The notes under the pieces were generated by a model, which worked only from the letters and a program-made list of their open reading frames with translations, was not told where the DNA came from and searched no databases. A stretch of DNA of 64,000 nucleotides, from NCBI GenBank assembly GCA_040954595.2, contig CM082586.2, positions 3,043,124 through 3,107,123 of the forward strand. Direction: 5' to 3'. This document shows, piece after piece, positions 1-14,517 of this stretch. The position numbers and the translations under genes are program-made. This DNA is from Balanoglossus misakiensis. Lineage: Eukaryota; Animalia; Hemichordata. Numbering within the stretch: position 1 is the stretch's first letter; each line of letters opens with the position of its first letter.

Positions 1-3000
1 AGTTTTTCTTGCAAAGCACTTGTGTGACAGACACCAGTCACGTATCTTTTATGTAATCACGACTATGAGTCCATCATTGTTTGATGGTTTTACAAGATTC
101 TCAAAATCAGAGCAAAGCAATCATTTTTCTGGTTCACTCTAAGGCATCACCAGACTTCAGCATCAAAATCTCAGCTCCTCGGGCAAAAGACGGCCTTCAC
201 AGCAAGGACACGAACAGCAGGGTTGAATCAGCTGTTATCTGGAAACAAATTTTCTACCCAAACAAGGGCTTGCCAGTTTGCAAACAGTATTTACTGATGG
301 CCCTGCATAATCCGTCAGGGGGATTGAAACTTTAGGCTCAGTATAAACTCAGAAATAAGTGGGGACAGCGTGGTCGGGAAAGTGGAGAAGACCGCTCTGT
401 AAATTGACAGCGGTTCTCACATTAACAGAGTTCTCCTTGCGGAATAAGCTGTCATCAGAAACCGGGGCTCTTTCTCATGGGCAGAGTGTGTGGCTGATGA
501 AATGACTACACCAGCTGTACTGTATATTCCAGTTGTCCGAGGGTCACCTGGGGACACGGAGGCAGTCTGTGAACTTGATAGACTAAACTTTCATTGGACA
601 TAGGGATATCATTACCACGGCAGACGTACAGGCTAACATTGAACAACTGTAAGCAGTTGAACGTGAACACCCGGTCTCACTCACAAAGGGTTCACTTTAT
701 TCTGGTTGTGCGAGGTGACTCAACTTCAAATCAAATGCAAAAGCACATTTGAAGGGGAAACTTTGTTTGTGAAATGCGAGTGTGTGATGACTACAAATTG
801 TGCAATACCCAACGACACCAACTGGAACAGACCACACCACTGGTTTCAGGTTTGCAATCTTTGACGCACAGTATATCTGCTAAAATTGTACATTGACTTC
901 GCGATATCGAGTTTCATCAGTTTCCCACGGCCAAATATGGCCATATCATCCCTGATTGAGAGATGACCAGATACCAGCAATCAACTGACCCACTTTACAG
1001 CGGATGTCTAGTTAGAGACGATTATTCAGTCTTCGAGAATCACACTTTATTTTTATAACCAATTATGCATGGCCAGGCTGATGCCGTCTTAATTTGTCAT
1101 CAGATCCATTTATTCAAAAGTCGTTCTTTTTACAAACCAGCACCTTGCCTTTTTGTACCGAACACATTAGCACCAGGCTCAGACCTCATCAAGATCGTTA
1201 TCAGCTGTGACTGAAGTCATTAACTGAGCTGGACTTTTCACCCTGCTACAATAGATGGGTCATTTATCTGTCGGAAGTCAACATTATCTTACTGTTTGTC
1301 TTTTCACTTCGATTCAAGGGGTTTCTTTTTGACACTTCTTAGAAAAAAAGTCATACATCGAGTCATTAGCAAAAATGATGCAATATGCACAATTAAAGAA
1401 AATGAAAAATCTCAGAGAAAGCAGGCAAAATCCTTCAAGTTGTAGGAAAACGCGTGATAAGCGTGGTCCTTACGCGACACTGGAAAGCTATTAGTCTGTT
1501 GGAAAACTTGGAACAATGTCTCCCTTTTGATACATTGTATCATTGTTAGGTAATGGAGGTAGCTACAATGTAGCCCTCTGGCCAATGGAACTTTGGGAAG
1601 CCCTCCTAGCCAAGCACAGAAAAATTACATAGACGCAGAGCAACATACAATCTGAAGTCTGCTATCACGTGTATTCTCCTTCATCAGTGAGAATGGTAAT
1701 CTTTAATAGACAGCTTTCTGGGCAAGAAAGGTGTCTTCACTTAATCTAATATTCATGAGGGATCCTTTTGCTGAGGAGTAATGAAGCCATGAGCGAACAT
1801 TAGCGAGCACCAAAGTCCAACCACAATGACTTCACAGCTCAGCTGCTCGGATTTTAACTGCAGTGTCAATCACACCAATTGAACTCTTGTGTTGTCTTTT
1901 CTCTCTCTCTCTTTTTTTTACCCCAGCACAACTCTGCTCCAGGGGATGCTATTTCAAGACTGCTTAACCCGAATTCAACAATCAGGAAACGTCGGGGAAA
2001 AGGGGTACCTTCTTTGCGGGAACAGAAATCTATTTGAATGGTTCCTAATTAAAGGCAAACATAGTCTTCAATTCATCCCATGCATTTGACCATCAGCGCG
2101 TTCGGGGTAAGCCTGTCACTTTGACTGAATGATTCCTGAAACAATCGCCGGTGTTGGAATTTACCACTGATTTGTGAAAATACTTTCTTCTACCTTTTCC
2201 TCCAGCTTAATACAACCCCTTGACAACCTCTCACAAAAGTGACACAAGATTAATGACTGGAGATTTCAACGGAGATAGTCCAGCTTTGTCAAGTCACTTC
2301 CTCCCAGTCATTGTACTGACGGCAGGTGACGCAAAGAAATGACTACCCTTCGCAAACGTACTGTGCGTCCGACAATGTGCTGAAAAATGATGCCCACTAC
2401 AGAAGGACCAGTTTTTGTTAACACCTTAGCATCTTACAAGACACTCATGTTTAATCAAAAGACCTGAGAACACAGATTTGATTGGATTAACGCGAGTAAC
2501 TCAGGAGCTCCCGCCACAACCTTTCCAAAGAAATCAAAATCCGACAACAACACTGCTATGCAACCAGGACATCTACTGCTGCCTGGCTACCGTCTTGCAC
2601 CATCTGACCTCGCCTGGTGACCCTTTGTCTCGAAAATTGATCAGGCATTCAAAGTCAAGTGCTCGGTACACAGCCTCCAAATATCAACACAGGGGGTGTC
2701 ATGTGTGGCATGATGAACTGAATGTAGTACATGATTTTCAAATCTTCATTCTCACGTTTTTTGTCGGTCGTCTGCCACGTGTCGGGCAGGACTGGGAGAT
2801 TCAGACATTGGCAGCCCCAGAAACACAACAGATTCACTCAATACTCTATAGGACTGAAAACATGCCTTAACTCATCTGCACCATCAAAGCTTAATGAAGT
2901 CCAAATGTCACTGACCCACAGGAAGACAAAAAGCCAAACCATTTCAGGAGTTATGACTTGTGTTTATACAAAACCATCAACATTATGAAATTCCTCTCGC

Positions 3001-6000
3001 ACACATGCGGGCATGTTCCGGTCCAAACCAAACAGACCCCCCTGGATCCATGCCGAGTGCCACAAAATTTGTCAAATAAATTAAAATTTCTAGGAGCAAA
3101 AGTTCAGACGTGTTTTTTTTTATGTTCAATAATACTCTGCTCTTGATGAGCCAAAAACCATCCGCTGTGTAGAAATACAACACCTGTTGTTATCAAAATT
3201 TATTCAAGGGGAAACTACACAACTCTGTTGACATCATAGGGTTGCATTGCAGGATCTGTTTCACACACCAGCGTTGAACACATCCACTGTCTTACTCCTG
3301 CCAAGCCCCCCGGACGACCGACTCGCGTCACGACTTGAAGGACTCCCACCGCTGCCACAGAAACACCAGGTCTGGCGTGATTGACTTCACAATGGATCAG
3401 CTGACAGGGCACATTACTTAGAGTGTTTACACTGCCGATAGCTGGGTTGACATTCACACTTTTGTAGGCTTGTCAAAATACTGAAGCAAAGAGGCCACTT
3501 GCTGGGCTTACTGAGGGTGGTACCATTGATATCCTGGGGGGGGGGGGGGGGGGGTTGCCACGAAAACGATAAAATGTCATTTATCATCGTTCCAGGCATA
3601 AGATGTTTGCAAACTCTGAGTTGGCATTTCTTGAGTCTAAAAGATACACCTGGCTTCTTCTTTTTTCTACAAATGCTGCGGTGGTAACGCCTTCAATGTA
3701 AACAACACAAATCGGCAATTTCATAATCGCAAGATTCCGTGCATTCTTGATCAGATAACAAAGAAATGTCTTCCCAGAATTTACCTGGATTCCTGGAAGA
3801 GACCGGAAAACGATCCAGACAATGCGTCAACATGGCAAGAGATACGATCTTTTGACCTTGGAGTATGGATTTAAACGGGCATTTCTTTTATCAGTTTTGT
3901 TTGATTGATTTCTTCCTGGAAGTTGAAGACATTCCATTGGTTGTCTGTCGGCCAACCCCACTCACTGTCATAGGTACTTGTATGTACCACAGTTTTCACA
4001 AGAAAGAAAACAGCCAGTTGAAATACCTGGTGCTAGTTTACTGTAACTAATCCTCTGGGAATTTCATCTGCTTTCACCAACAAATTTTTCTCTGGTTGGT
4101 TCAGCAGCAGACACTCACATAACTACCAACTTGGAAGTAGCACCGTCAATATTTCTATTAGCAAACAAATTATCTACAATTTACTGATAGATGTATTTGC
4201 AATTCAAAATGGCTGCCAGACTGAAATAAATGAGATTCTTGGCTTCCTTGGCAACCAGGTCATAAAAAGAGAATGAACATGAGAAGGGCTTCCAGTTTTC
4301 AGGAAATGTATTCTCAAGGCGAGAATCCTTGTTCTAAATAGAACACCGTCTTGAAGCCTGCACAAAAGGGTATACATCTACCAGATCTTTAACTAATGGT
4401 TTGAACTGTATAAATATCTTGAAATATCCGTCAACACTACGCCTGCGTGTAGTCAGTCTGTACTGTGTCTGCAGACAGACAAGCCAGAATACCAGAATCC
4501 CTATTTTCACAAACGGCGAGACAACACACAAGAAAACAGCCTCGGCACGTAAAAGCTCCTTCTGAAAACAGAAAACACATGTGTAGACAAGCGCCAAGCT
4601 GGGAAAAACTCATGAACAAATCATTTTTAGCCAGCAGCGTTGAGATATTTTTACCACACTGTTGTTCAAGTCACTGTGTCGCAGACTGTTTTGCCTTTAA
4701 GGTGTTATGTTGAAAGCAAAGCACAGTGTTCTGTTACAAGAGCCATTCTAGTTTGTGGACACGGACACTGGATCAGCTACATAACAGTCTCCCGGACAGA
4801 CTTACTTTTCGTCTTTCAACGTTTTTTCCTTCCTTGAAGTTGATGTGGATTTTATTCATAACTGAAAATGAAGTCACCAATGAAATTTGTTTCCCCCGAG
4901 GCAACTGCAATGCTCCATTATTATTAATTCTGCTACATCTAATTCCAGAATGCACGGACAAAACATGCATGAACTGTTATCAACAATCAGTCAAATTGCA
5001 ATAAATCAAAGGGATTTAATCAACACAAATCATTTTCCACACACTTTTTTATAATCACACATCAGACTAAATCTGCCATCAACAAAGACCCATCACTCAT
5101 TTGCAGGCTCCCCCTGTGTATGGCAATGCTGTTTGGCTGGACGCTGCAACACAACACATCAATTTTAATCAGGACTGTCTGCAAATTATTGATAAATGGA
5201 TCTTGTTGAACATGAAGGACACGTCATTCAACCATCATGGAGACAACTAATCAATCCATCACAGAGACAGAAAGAGATTGCAGAATATCTCAGAATCAAT
5301 GATGCGTTACAGTGTCCGTGGCGAACATGAAGACAAAATTTATGAATTCTGTTGGAAATACCACTCTGTCTCAATGATGTTCTAAGGCAGCTGGAACTTA
5401 CAACATTGTCAATTACTGACAATTACTATCATTATGGTTAATGCATCAATTACAATGTCAACTTATAAAATTAAGTTATTTTGAACAACTGTTGCTACCA
5501 TATGCTGTCGTTCAAATTACAAAGTTCCTTCTGGGTTATCTTACAATATTTATTCATAAAATGAAGTGTAAGCATTGCATTTTCACAAAGGATGCCTCAT
5601 CGAGAGAGCTGATAAAATCATTCTGGAGCAGGACCTTGATGATCTCAAAATCTATAAACAAGCAAATGGCAAGCCTCGTTTATCTTTTTTATTTAATCAC
5701 TAGAAAGGCTCTGAATGTACACATGTACAAGCAGCTGTCGTCATCTCTCTGACGCTTGATACAAACATGATGAAGTGTGTGACAGCCAGTCTCTCTTGCA
5801 CCTTCCCCTTTGGATAACCATCGCGTCCAGACACAGTGACAACTTGCTTCGGGGCAGTTTACGCTGCCATCGTTTATCACAGTCACAACATGCAGTATCA
5901 ATGCGTTCATGTTACGAGCGAGATAACCAAATTGCTGATAAAATTAATACAAGTGCGATCTACCCTGGATGCCCGAATCATTGACAGTCTCGCTGTAATA

Positions 6001-6814
6001 ATACATAACAACATATGGGGTTTCGCTGCAGACACAGACCAGGCATGTTGTGATGTTATTTTCTTATCTGCGCAAGTTCTGGATAATTAGCCGTGCATAG
6101 TCAAAAGACTCGCAACCGAAAACCCTTCAGGCAGAAACATGATCAGAATAGCTTTAGCTATAGACAAAACAAGTGGGCAGGCAACACAGTTACTGTCATG
6201 GCTAAAGAGATGGCTGGGTTAAGAAGGCTAATTTCTCCACTGTTTTGTGCCCCGTGCATGAGAGATTTTTAGGTTATTAGGATGAGACATCCGTGCTTTT
6301 GCTACAAACCTAAGGGCATGAATAGGCCTTGTTAAAGGCACCCTTGCAAACCTGTACAGATCAGTACGTGGTGTAACACTCAATAGCCTACCACCGAGGC
6401 AGTTTTTTTATCTGATCAAACATGTTGGTCACCCTTGAAGCTAAACTTTGCATGGTTCAGTGACAATCTTCATATATCGAAAAAGGGGGAGCTGATACCT
6501 CTAATTGTGTCATGACAAAAATGCCCAAGCGATGCAGTAACTTCAATTTGGTTTAGTCACGTTCGGTGATGGTGGGGCAAATTTCAATGAATTTTTATCG
6601 GTAGCCCCATTCGTCAGAGTAATGACACACCATGGGCTGATCCTGAAATCACCATGTCAATACGGGACAAGCACAGGTACTCCATTCTCCTATTGTGTTC
6701 TGACACCTACTTAACACGAGACTTTACATTCAGGTGTGGAAAATATCAGAGAAGTTTTTGTGCAATCTTTAATCTGACGAGAGCCAGTCCTTGCGACTGC
6801 CATGCCACTTTAAC

Positions 6815-6867
6815 ATAGATAGATAGTAAGAGAGAGAGACAGAGACAGAGAGAGACAGAGAGAGAGA
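6815..6867. repeat. Compound microsatellite (ATAG)n followed by (AG)n/(AGAGAC)n
   Basis: Read directly from the sequence. Confidence 0.85.
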
Positions 6868-9800
6868 AGCGCTGAAAATTCCTCACAACAGCACAAGTGG
6901 AACCCTACGATCAGTGTCTTCATTATCTGCAAAATCCCAGACACACTCAACGCATACCGATAAAGGGAAAACAGCCAAACATAGCAAGGGCTGGGTGGAA
7001 GAGTACACAAGAAACTCGAAAAAAGTGGGCGGTGTTTGCATTGCTCAGCCATGTGGAGAAAACTATGCCAGCATAACTCCCAATCACGGTAGCTTATCAT
7101 AGATGGAGGAATATATTTTTTTAAAGTTGTACTGCCTGAAATATTTTGATGAGAAAAAAGTGGTGTCACAAATTCAGCAAACAGAAACTTTGGAGATACG
7201 TATTGGCATTGTGCTTTTGTTGCAAAAGAGCTACCGCAATGCTGGTTGATGTCAAAATCAGCAATGCCAAGTCAATGTTACGTGAGTGTTCTGATGGGCT
7301 ATGTGAGACGAAACAGAGTTCTCGCAGTCAAAACCAGCAGACTGTTTTGTATCTCTGGTCATCTATTGCCGAGTGTTGGCAAACTGCTAGGGACCTCCCC
7401 ACAAAAGGCAATCAGAGTTTCTCATTGTGGCCAATCAATGCAGTCCTTGCATTGACCAGTTCAACAAAAGGCACATTTTTACACAGTTGTCCACTAACTG
7501 CCTTTGTGGGTCGCTGTACAGCGGTTGTTTGCAGTGAACATACACGGAACATTTACCGGTGGACGGTTCCGAGATGATCACAACAAAGTGGGCTTTCGAG
7601 GAACAAAAGAGTCTCGGTCCACTGTGCTGTTTTCCCCTTTTGTTGGTCACCACAAAGCATCTGCGCATAAAACCAGCAACTTACTGGCCCTGTGTATGTT
7701 CCTGGGTTGGGTGACACCGGCCTGATTGTCAATTGGCCTACCCACATTGTACCTACCACTGCACACAGAACAGTGCTGTAGTAGAGTGATAGGAAGACAC
7801 AATCAGACAGACAGGCAGACAGAAACTGCTGATTACATGTGATGCAAGTGGACAGTATGAGACACAGATTCAACTACACAACACATATAAACCCCAGTGT
7901 TCTCCTCAGAGCAATGAAATAGGGGCCACTACTACTTTAAACCATGGAACACCATTAACATAACAATTGCTTCCATTGTTATGCAAACTAGACACTACTC
8001 CAGAAGACATTCCTGGGGAGTACAGTGAACCCAATAAAGATCTTGCTACGATCTCTCTCTGACCGCCCTGACATTTATCAACCATCCCAAACATTTCCTA
8101 TTATGAAAAATGTTAATACAAAAATTGCTCTTCACTCAAGGCGGTATTTAAAGACAACACAAAGAGTTGTTTCTTCTACTGAAGAAAGCTGTGCAGAGTC
8201 TGTCCTCAGAACACAAACCATAACAACTTAATATGAAGAGTTGTGGGTCACCGCACACCAAGAGTGCTTCAATGTTTTGCATTATTATTCAACAGGGGAA
8301 TTTTTGCTCGTCATGCATCACAGAACCTCCTCAACACGGGTAGCCGGCATTATCAAAACCTCTGACCCTGTGAAATGTTCTCAGTCAACTCTTTGAGATT
8401 CCTCGATACTTGCGAAATTCCTTTGAATAATGATCATGTCCGACATACTTTTATATACCCCATTTATCACTGCCCATTGTGAGAGAACTTCGCGCATAAT
8501 CAGGTCAAATAATCACACCATCACATGACATCTCCCATATTTGGGTATCCCCTTAGCCCATCACACAAGCAAATTTTTGGTCCACAGCCAGTGTTTTCAA
8601 TGATATCGGGGGAAACCAAGAGAAATGGGAGGTGAAAAGGTTAAAATATCTCGTGCTGGTTAACACCTGGGGGAACCAGTTTCTGATAGCCAATCATGTC
8701 TCACCCCGGGTAGCCGGAATAAACGCTCCCCTGAGCCACGAAAATAAATTACAGTTTTCATGCCTCGGCATCACGGCTGTTATGAAATGAACATGATATA
8801 CAAACAAAACTGAAGGGGGGAACTGATCTGATTGCAAAATAGGAGGAAATAAGTCAATTAGTTTTTCTCATCCCTGCCGTACAGATGTGCATCCAAAGCT
8901 GTGGGAAAACCAAATACCTTGTTTAAGTAGAGCTTAATAGTCAATGATCCCACATCTGGATCTCCTAGAAGTTAGGGTCGATTGATGCCGGGGTACAGCT
9001 GACCTTTTTTCTTAATACGCATAGTTGTAATTCTTTTCCTGAGATATCCTGGAATGCCTAGAGCAAGCGTTTGCTCCGTCGGTCGGTCAGTCGTGAGACC
9101 GGCTGACAGCAGAGTTTTACAACACGTGGGCAGAGGTTGAAATGAGCTGATAGCCTTGCAGTGTTGACTTCATCAGAGTTTCTGTATTTTCAGAAACATG
9201 GCTGTTCAGAATATCTTAGCAACTACGACTTGTTGACTTGGCGATGACCCGAGTGACCTGAACTCATCTGTACTTTTTGGGGACCTTGCTTTGGCGACTT
9301 TTTCAACTCCTCTGCACGAGTTATTTTGATAAATGACAGGTGATGAACCTTCCCCCCTTTCCCGCAATGCGTGGGTCCACCTATGCCAACGATAATAACA
9401 GGGTCAGACCACTGTCTGGTTTAAAGGGGTCGTCAGCCTACCCATACAATCACATCAGTCTTGGCAGACACCAAGTATTATTAACATTACACTGAAATAA
9501 TACACCTGAGTTCCAAGATAGAAAATCGGGTAAATTCCTGAAACGCCACTAGTTTTATCGTGTTGCAAGCGAGCTCTCACGGCAATCACTGCGATCATCA
9601 CCACAAGTTTCCGCGGTATAACATCCATCCGCATCCCACAAACAAGAATTAAATTACCGGCCAAACCAACTGCATCAAATATGATTACCCAGACTGGTAG
9701 AGTCATCACAAGACACCATTCAGCAACATGCACACTTTGTGCATCCCGAAACAACCAACCTTTCATGCACTGATACACCGAAGAATTCTACCCTGGAACC

Positions 9801-10186
9801 ATAATACAATAGAAGCTCATCGTAGTGTCTTTTGAGTATTTAAGCGGACAATGGACATAATAAAATCGCGACACATATCTCAGGCGGAACAACCGACAGT
9901 ATCACTTTGGAAATTAATTGTGCAGTTTGGAAGACAATTCCCTCTGGTCTAAAAATATCCCATCTGTTTGTGTTTCGACTTTATGGTTTTGTCGACTGTT
10001 TTTCTTAATCCTGGCTCACTCAAGTCTCAAGTCAATTCATGGTTAAAGAACATATTATGTCACGCAAAAGCAGCATAAAATTTCACTTTTTAGACACAAT
10101 GGGGATTTCTGCCATTGTAGTTTCTATTGTTCAGACGAACAAACCTCTTCCAATATGAACTGCCTGGTCGAACACACACCACTTTC

Positions 10187-10227
10187 TGAAGGCGGCCATC
10201 TTGAAATTTTCAAGATGGCCGCCTTCA
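10187..10227. repeat. Perfect 20-bp inverted repeat with a 1-nt spacer
   Basis: TGAAGGCGGCCATCTTGAAA-T-TTTCAAGATGGCCGCCTTCA. Confidence 0.92.
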
Positions 10228-13200
10228 AGTCTTGGACGCACTAATAAACTTGACAGATCTAAGTCAGACTTCGCCGACTAGTCTTGCAAACAGCAATCTA
10301 GCAGGACATGAATCAATAATCTCAAATAAATGCTGACATTTAATTCAATCCATACATCCTAAACCGAGCAATTCATCACCACATTAGAGAGTGAGCCAGT
10401 CTGTAACACTGCAACAGACTACTGTCTCTGAAACACCACTTCTGTCTGCAAACACAATTGCCACGGGTCTCCTGAGGATTTTGCTTCAAGCGCTGAAATG
10501 TGTCTCTCTAAATGCCAAACGGGGAAGAAAAGAAACAACTTGATTGAGCCAATTAAGACCTGTTTACACTCTGTTCATATCAATACAATGCTGCAGTGGG
10601 CAAGCAACTTCCGGGTAACATACCCAGACATCATAAAAAAGAGACATGTAAACTCAAATAATGATAGATAGTGCTGATGAAGAATAATCAGATCTCCGAT
10701 AATGAGCTGATGAATTTTACAAGGAAAATGCATTTTACACTTATCGGACATTCCACAAGAATCACACGGGAGACGAAATAAAACAAATTAAATATTGATG
10801 TTGCTATGTTGTAAATTTTGATGAAGACAGCTGATGAATTACGTGTACTGATATCAAAAGCTGTTTGGGTGGAGTGGAATGTAACTAGAAATTGAAACTA
10901 TAAGTAGTGAATTATTTATTAACTGGGCTGAACGAAGAGAAAGCTTCAAGTATGTGTATACAAAGCCACTCCCTGACTCTAAAGCCGTTATTTTACCTGG
11001 AAACACATTGATATGCATGTATACACAAGCGTGCCATACATCTAACTTGTCCCCAGACGGTCGTTTGTTAGATGCAAATCTCTCTTCGTAGTGCTGTGAA
11101 GAAGTGACTATTTCCTTGGGCTGCGTTTGTGTGTCTGTGCGTTTCACTAAAATAAGGGAAGATACAGCCAGTTTTATCAGCACTGGCATCTCACTTTCGA
11201 AGTCACACTTTCCGGGAACTACCTTTTTTCCGGGAAATCACCTCTGTATGCTTGAATCACAATGACTTGGCTGTTTCATCAGCTTCTGTCTGTCGGAATT
11301 ATACTTTGACATGCAGACAAGCTACAGGAAGGTATTCAGGTCAACTAGAGGATATAATTGAAGTGAGATTGACAGTGACACATTGGCAGGGGTGGTGTTG
11401 AGTCTACAAATAGGGAAATAGGGTACATGCTTTCACAGTTCATGAAAATTTCCAATCAAAGACACGACTGGTTAGGGCATCAGGAGAAAGGGCAACATGC
11501 CTTTAAAAACCCATATATTGCAGAATTTTGTTAAAAACATCATCCATCTAGAGAGACAGTCATCTCCAGACAGAGAGAAACTACGTTATAAATCATAACT
11601 GCATCTGGACGTAAAATCAGATCAGCGTCTTTGCAGAACGTGTAGCTAGACAGACACTCACTCAGCCATGGCCTGCCTACATGAGAGGCCAAGGAGAACC
11701 AACAGGAGACGAACATCCTGCCACTTCATAAAGAGGGCCGAACTGTGTCTAGATTACTTCTGGGAGAAACGTCACTACCGGCGGACGCAACTGATCCGAT
11801 GTGATACGCCTTATAGCAGTGGAGAAAGTTGCATTGAGATCATGTAAAAATTCTACTGCGTGATGCCGAACACTCATACTTTATTTCGCTTTATCGCCAT
11901 ACTTCACAGACTGAGGAAACTGACTATAAGTATAAACCAGCCCCACTTAAAAGTTGAGCTGAAAATACCAGCGGAAGAAATTTTTCACCACTGCCATAGG
12001 CCAGTGGATTTCAAACCACAATCAAACCGTACGGTACATAGTCTGCAAACCAGCTCAGTGTAGAGAAAATAACTAGCTCATCCACTCTTTAGATTACACA
12101 CACACACTGCAAGACAGCTGTAATAACTGCGACCCGACTGCAGATCAGAACGCAATCCACAGGCACCTCAGCACGCCAGGTCTACAGCCTCCCAGGGGAA
12201 CACACATTCCCCCATAAATGACCTGAAAGAGGTCACACTTGCCACGCCCGACCCGACTGGCCTTCTTGCGAAATCATAACTGGGTCATCATCACCAATAG
12301 AATCAGCAAACGTTTTAAAAGGCATCTCTCAGTACCCCCAGTCTTATCTTAAATACAGGGACGCACCGGGACTGTTGTAAAATGTCAATTTCCTCCCAAG
12401 TCAGTTGCCAGGAATGATTGCACAGTATTGAGCATTTGCAAGATTTCACATGATAGCAGAACTTAGAGGTTAAAGACTTGTACACAAGGTTTTATCTGAA
12501 TTCATAGATTTTCACATGTTGTCCGAGATGTTAGTCAAAGGAGCATAGGAAACCACGTTTCTGACAAATGGCCCATTTTCTTGAGTAAAGTTAAAGTTCG
12601 AAAAATCCAGGTTAGAGTCACCTAAGCAGAAATAACGAGTTCTGTCTAGATATGAAAAGAAAACACTTGAGGACACAGACATCACATCAGGGTTAATTGA
12701 AATCTGCACCTGCTTATGTCGTCGGTCCACCATGCCTTGGTAATTCAGTGTCGGTTGCAACCGACACAGTGGGGCACAGTCTCCCACAGAAGCCGAGGCT
12801 GACCTCTACATTGAGGTCAAGCGGACATCAGCTGGAAACCGCGCCATTACTGGCAGTTTGAGAGTTTTTATAGAAGTACGGAGAGTTGACTGTACTTTTT
12901 TTACTTAAAGGATTTATGTACATGTATGCTCTATTGTGAACTGCACAGGTACGACATAGTGCTTCGAATCTGAACACATTCTGGACGAGTTCAGACCGAG
13001 TTCACATGCGGCAGTCTGCTGCCCTTTTCCAGTTTTGTTTCATCCTATCTTTGCCACAATTTGTCCATACATAGGTCTGTTTTCAGCAAATATATTTCAG
13101 CATGAAGCATTTATACAAGTGAAATCAGGTTTCTACTGCGTGTGAGAAAAATCAATCCGTTCCAATCACAGAATTGACGTCCTTCGCAATCACAGTACGG

Positions 13201-14290
13201 ACATAAATTCTCACACAACCTACACCCCGACCAGTAGACCAATTTCTTTCCCACATCACACCAGTCATCTGGCACAGCATAAATTTCCCAGAATCAAGAG
13301 GGACCGGCCGGTGTCATTATTCCTGTTGATGGCCCATAAAAATAATCATTCTTGGCGTAATTTGTGAGTTTACAGCATGCTAATTTAAACCGATGGCAGG
13401 CAGTAACTTTTCCGCCATTTGCCTCGAGGATAGTATCAACATCCTCTTTCCCATCCTCCAAGTGTTTCAAATACACATCAATTTACACAGTCAACCAGGC
13501 AAGTATTATTTTTCAAGCACCCTGATCTCCCCATCATAATTCATCATTCAACCCACTTATTCATCTGACTCCACGCTTCAAACTTTATCACCGGATTCCA
13601 AAATATACAAGCAGCCTGGCCTTCAGGAGGACCACGCTCAAGCCCAATAAATTGGGCTACTTTTCGCCCAGACATAACAAAGATAAACAAGTCAGACCTA
13701 CACATCGTAAATACACGTCAGCAAGAAACCTGGAAAACAAGTATTTTTACCCGTACATTTTGCATGCACGGAACTGTCGACTGAGCAGGACGCAGAAGTT
13801 CAGTGAACTTTGCAAATTTCTGTTTGGTACTAAGTAGTAAACAGAAGGATGCCGATAAATGGAGGTGCACTCACAACAAATGCGTCTCCCCAGTTTCAAC
13901 AGAAAGCCCCTCCATTGAAACTCAGTGATCTGACACAATTACCACTCTTTTGTTGGGTGCAATGACACTAGAAAATCGCGACGTGAATCCACGATAAGGG
14001 ACGCCCGAGACAGGCCAGCAATTCATACTGAGAGAGAGAGGAGAGTGCCAGGTTAGCTGAGCAGACCCTGGAGCTACATGTAGTACTGTCTCTCTCTCTC
14101 TCCAAACATCATGCACAACTTGCGTCATCAGTGTCAACTATCTGCCATGGCCTCACGCCTGGTCTGGTTTGCTGTTTTCATTTCATTTCGCAGCTCAGTT
14201 AAAATGACATCAAATCGTTATCCCCCTTTGCGTCTGCCCGACTGGTCCCTGGATGGGGGCTTGAAAATGCCTCTACCACGATTGCCTATA

Positions 14291-14443
14291 CAGTAAAACA
14301 TGTCTAAACCGAACACCAAAGAGACTGAAGAAACTGCTCGGATTACAGAAGTATCCGGTTTAAAGAGGTTTCCCAACAGAAGAGGTGTTCAGTATAGACA
14401 GGCTTCCAGATTAGACATGGTTCACTTTAGACAGGTTTTACTA
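14291..14443. mobile_element. TA-flanked Tc1/mariner(pogo)-type MITE
   Basis: Imperfect TIRs TA-CAGTAAAACATGTCTAAA ... TTTAGACAGGTTTTACTA-TA. Confidence 0.65.
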
Positions 14444-14517
14444 TACTGGATGAGCCATAGGCTTCCAGATTAGACATGGTTCACTTTAGACAGGCTTTAC
14501 TATACTGGATGAGCCAT
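14400..14517. repeat. 59-bp tandem duplication (2 copies, 1 mismatch)
   Basis: AGGCTTCCAGATTAGACATGGTTCACTTTAGACAGG(T/C)TTTACTATACTGGATGAGCCAT twice. Confidence 0.92.
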
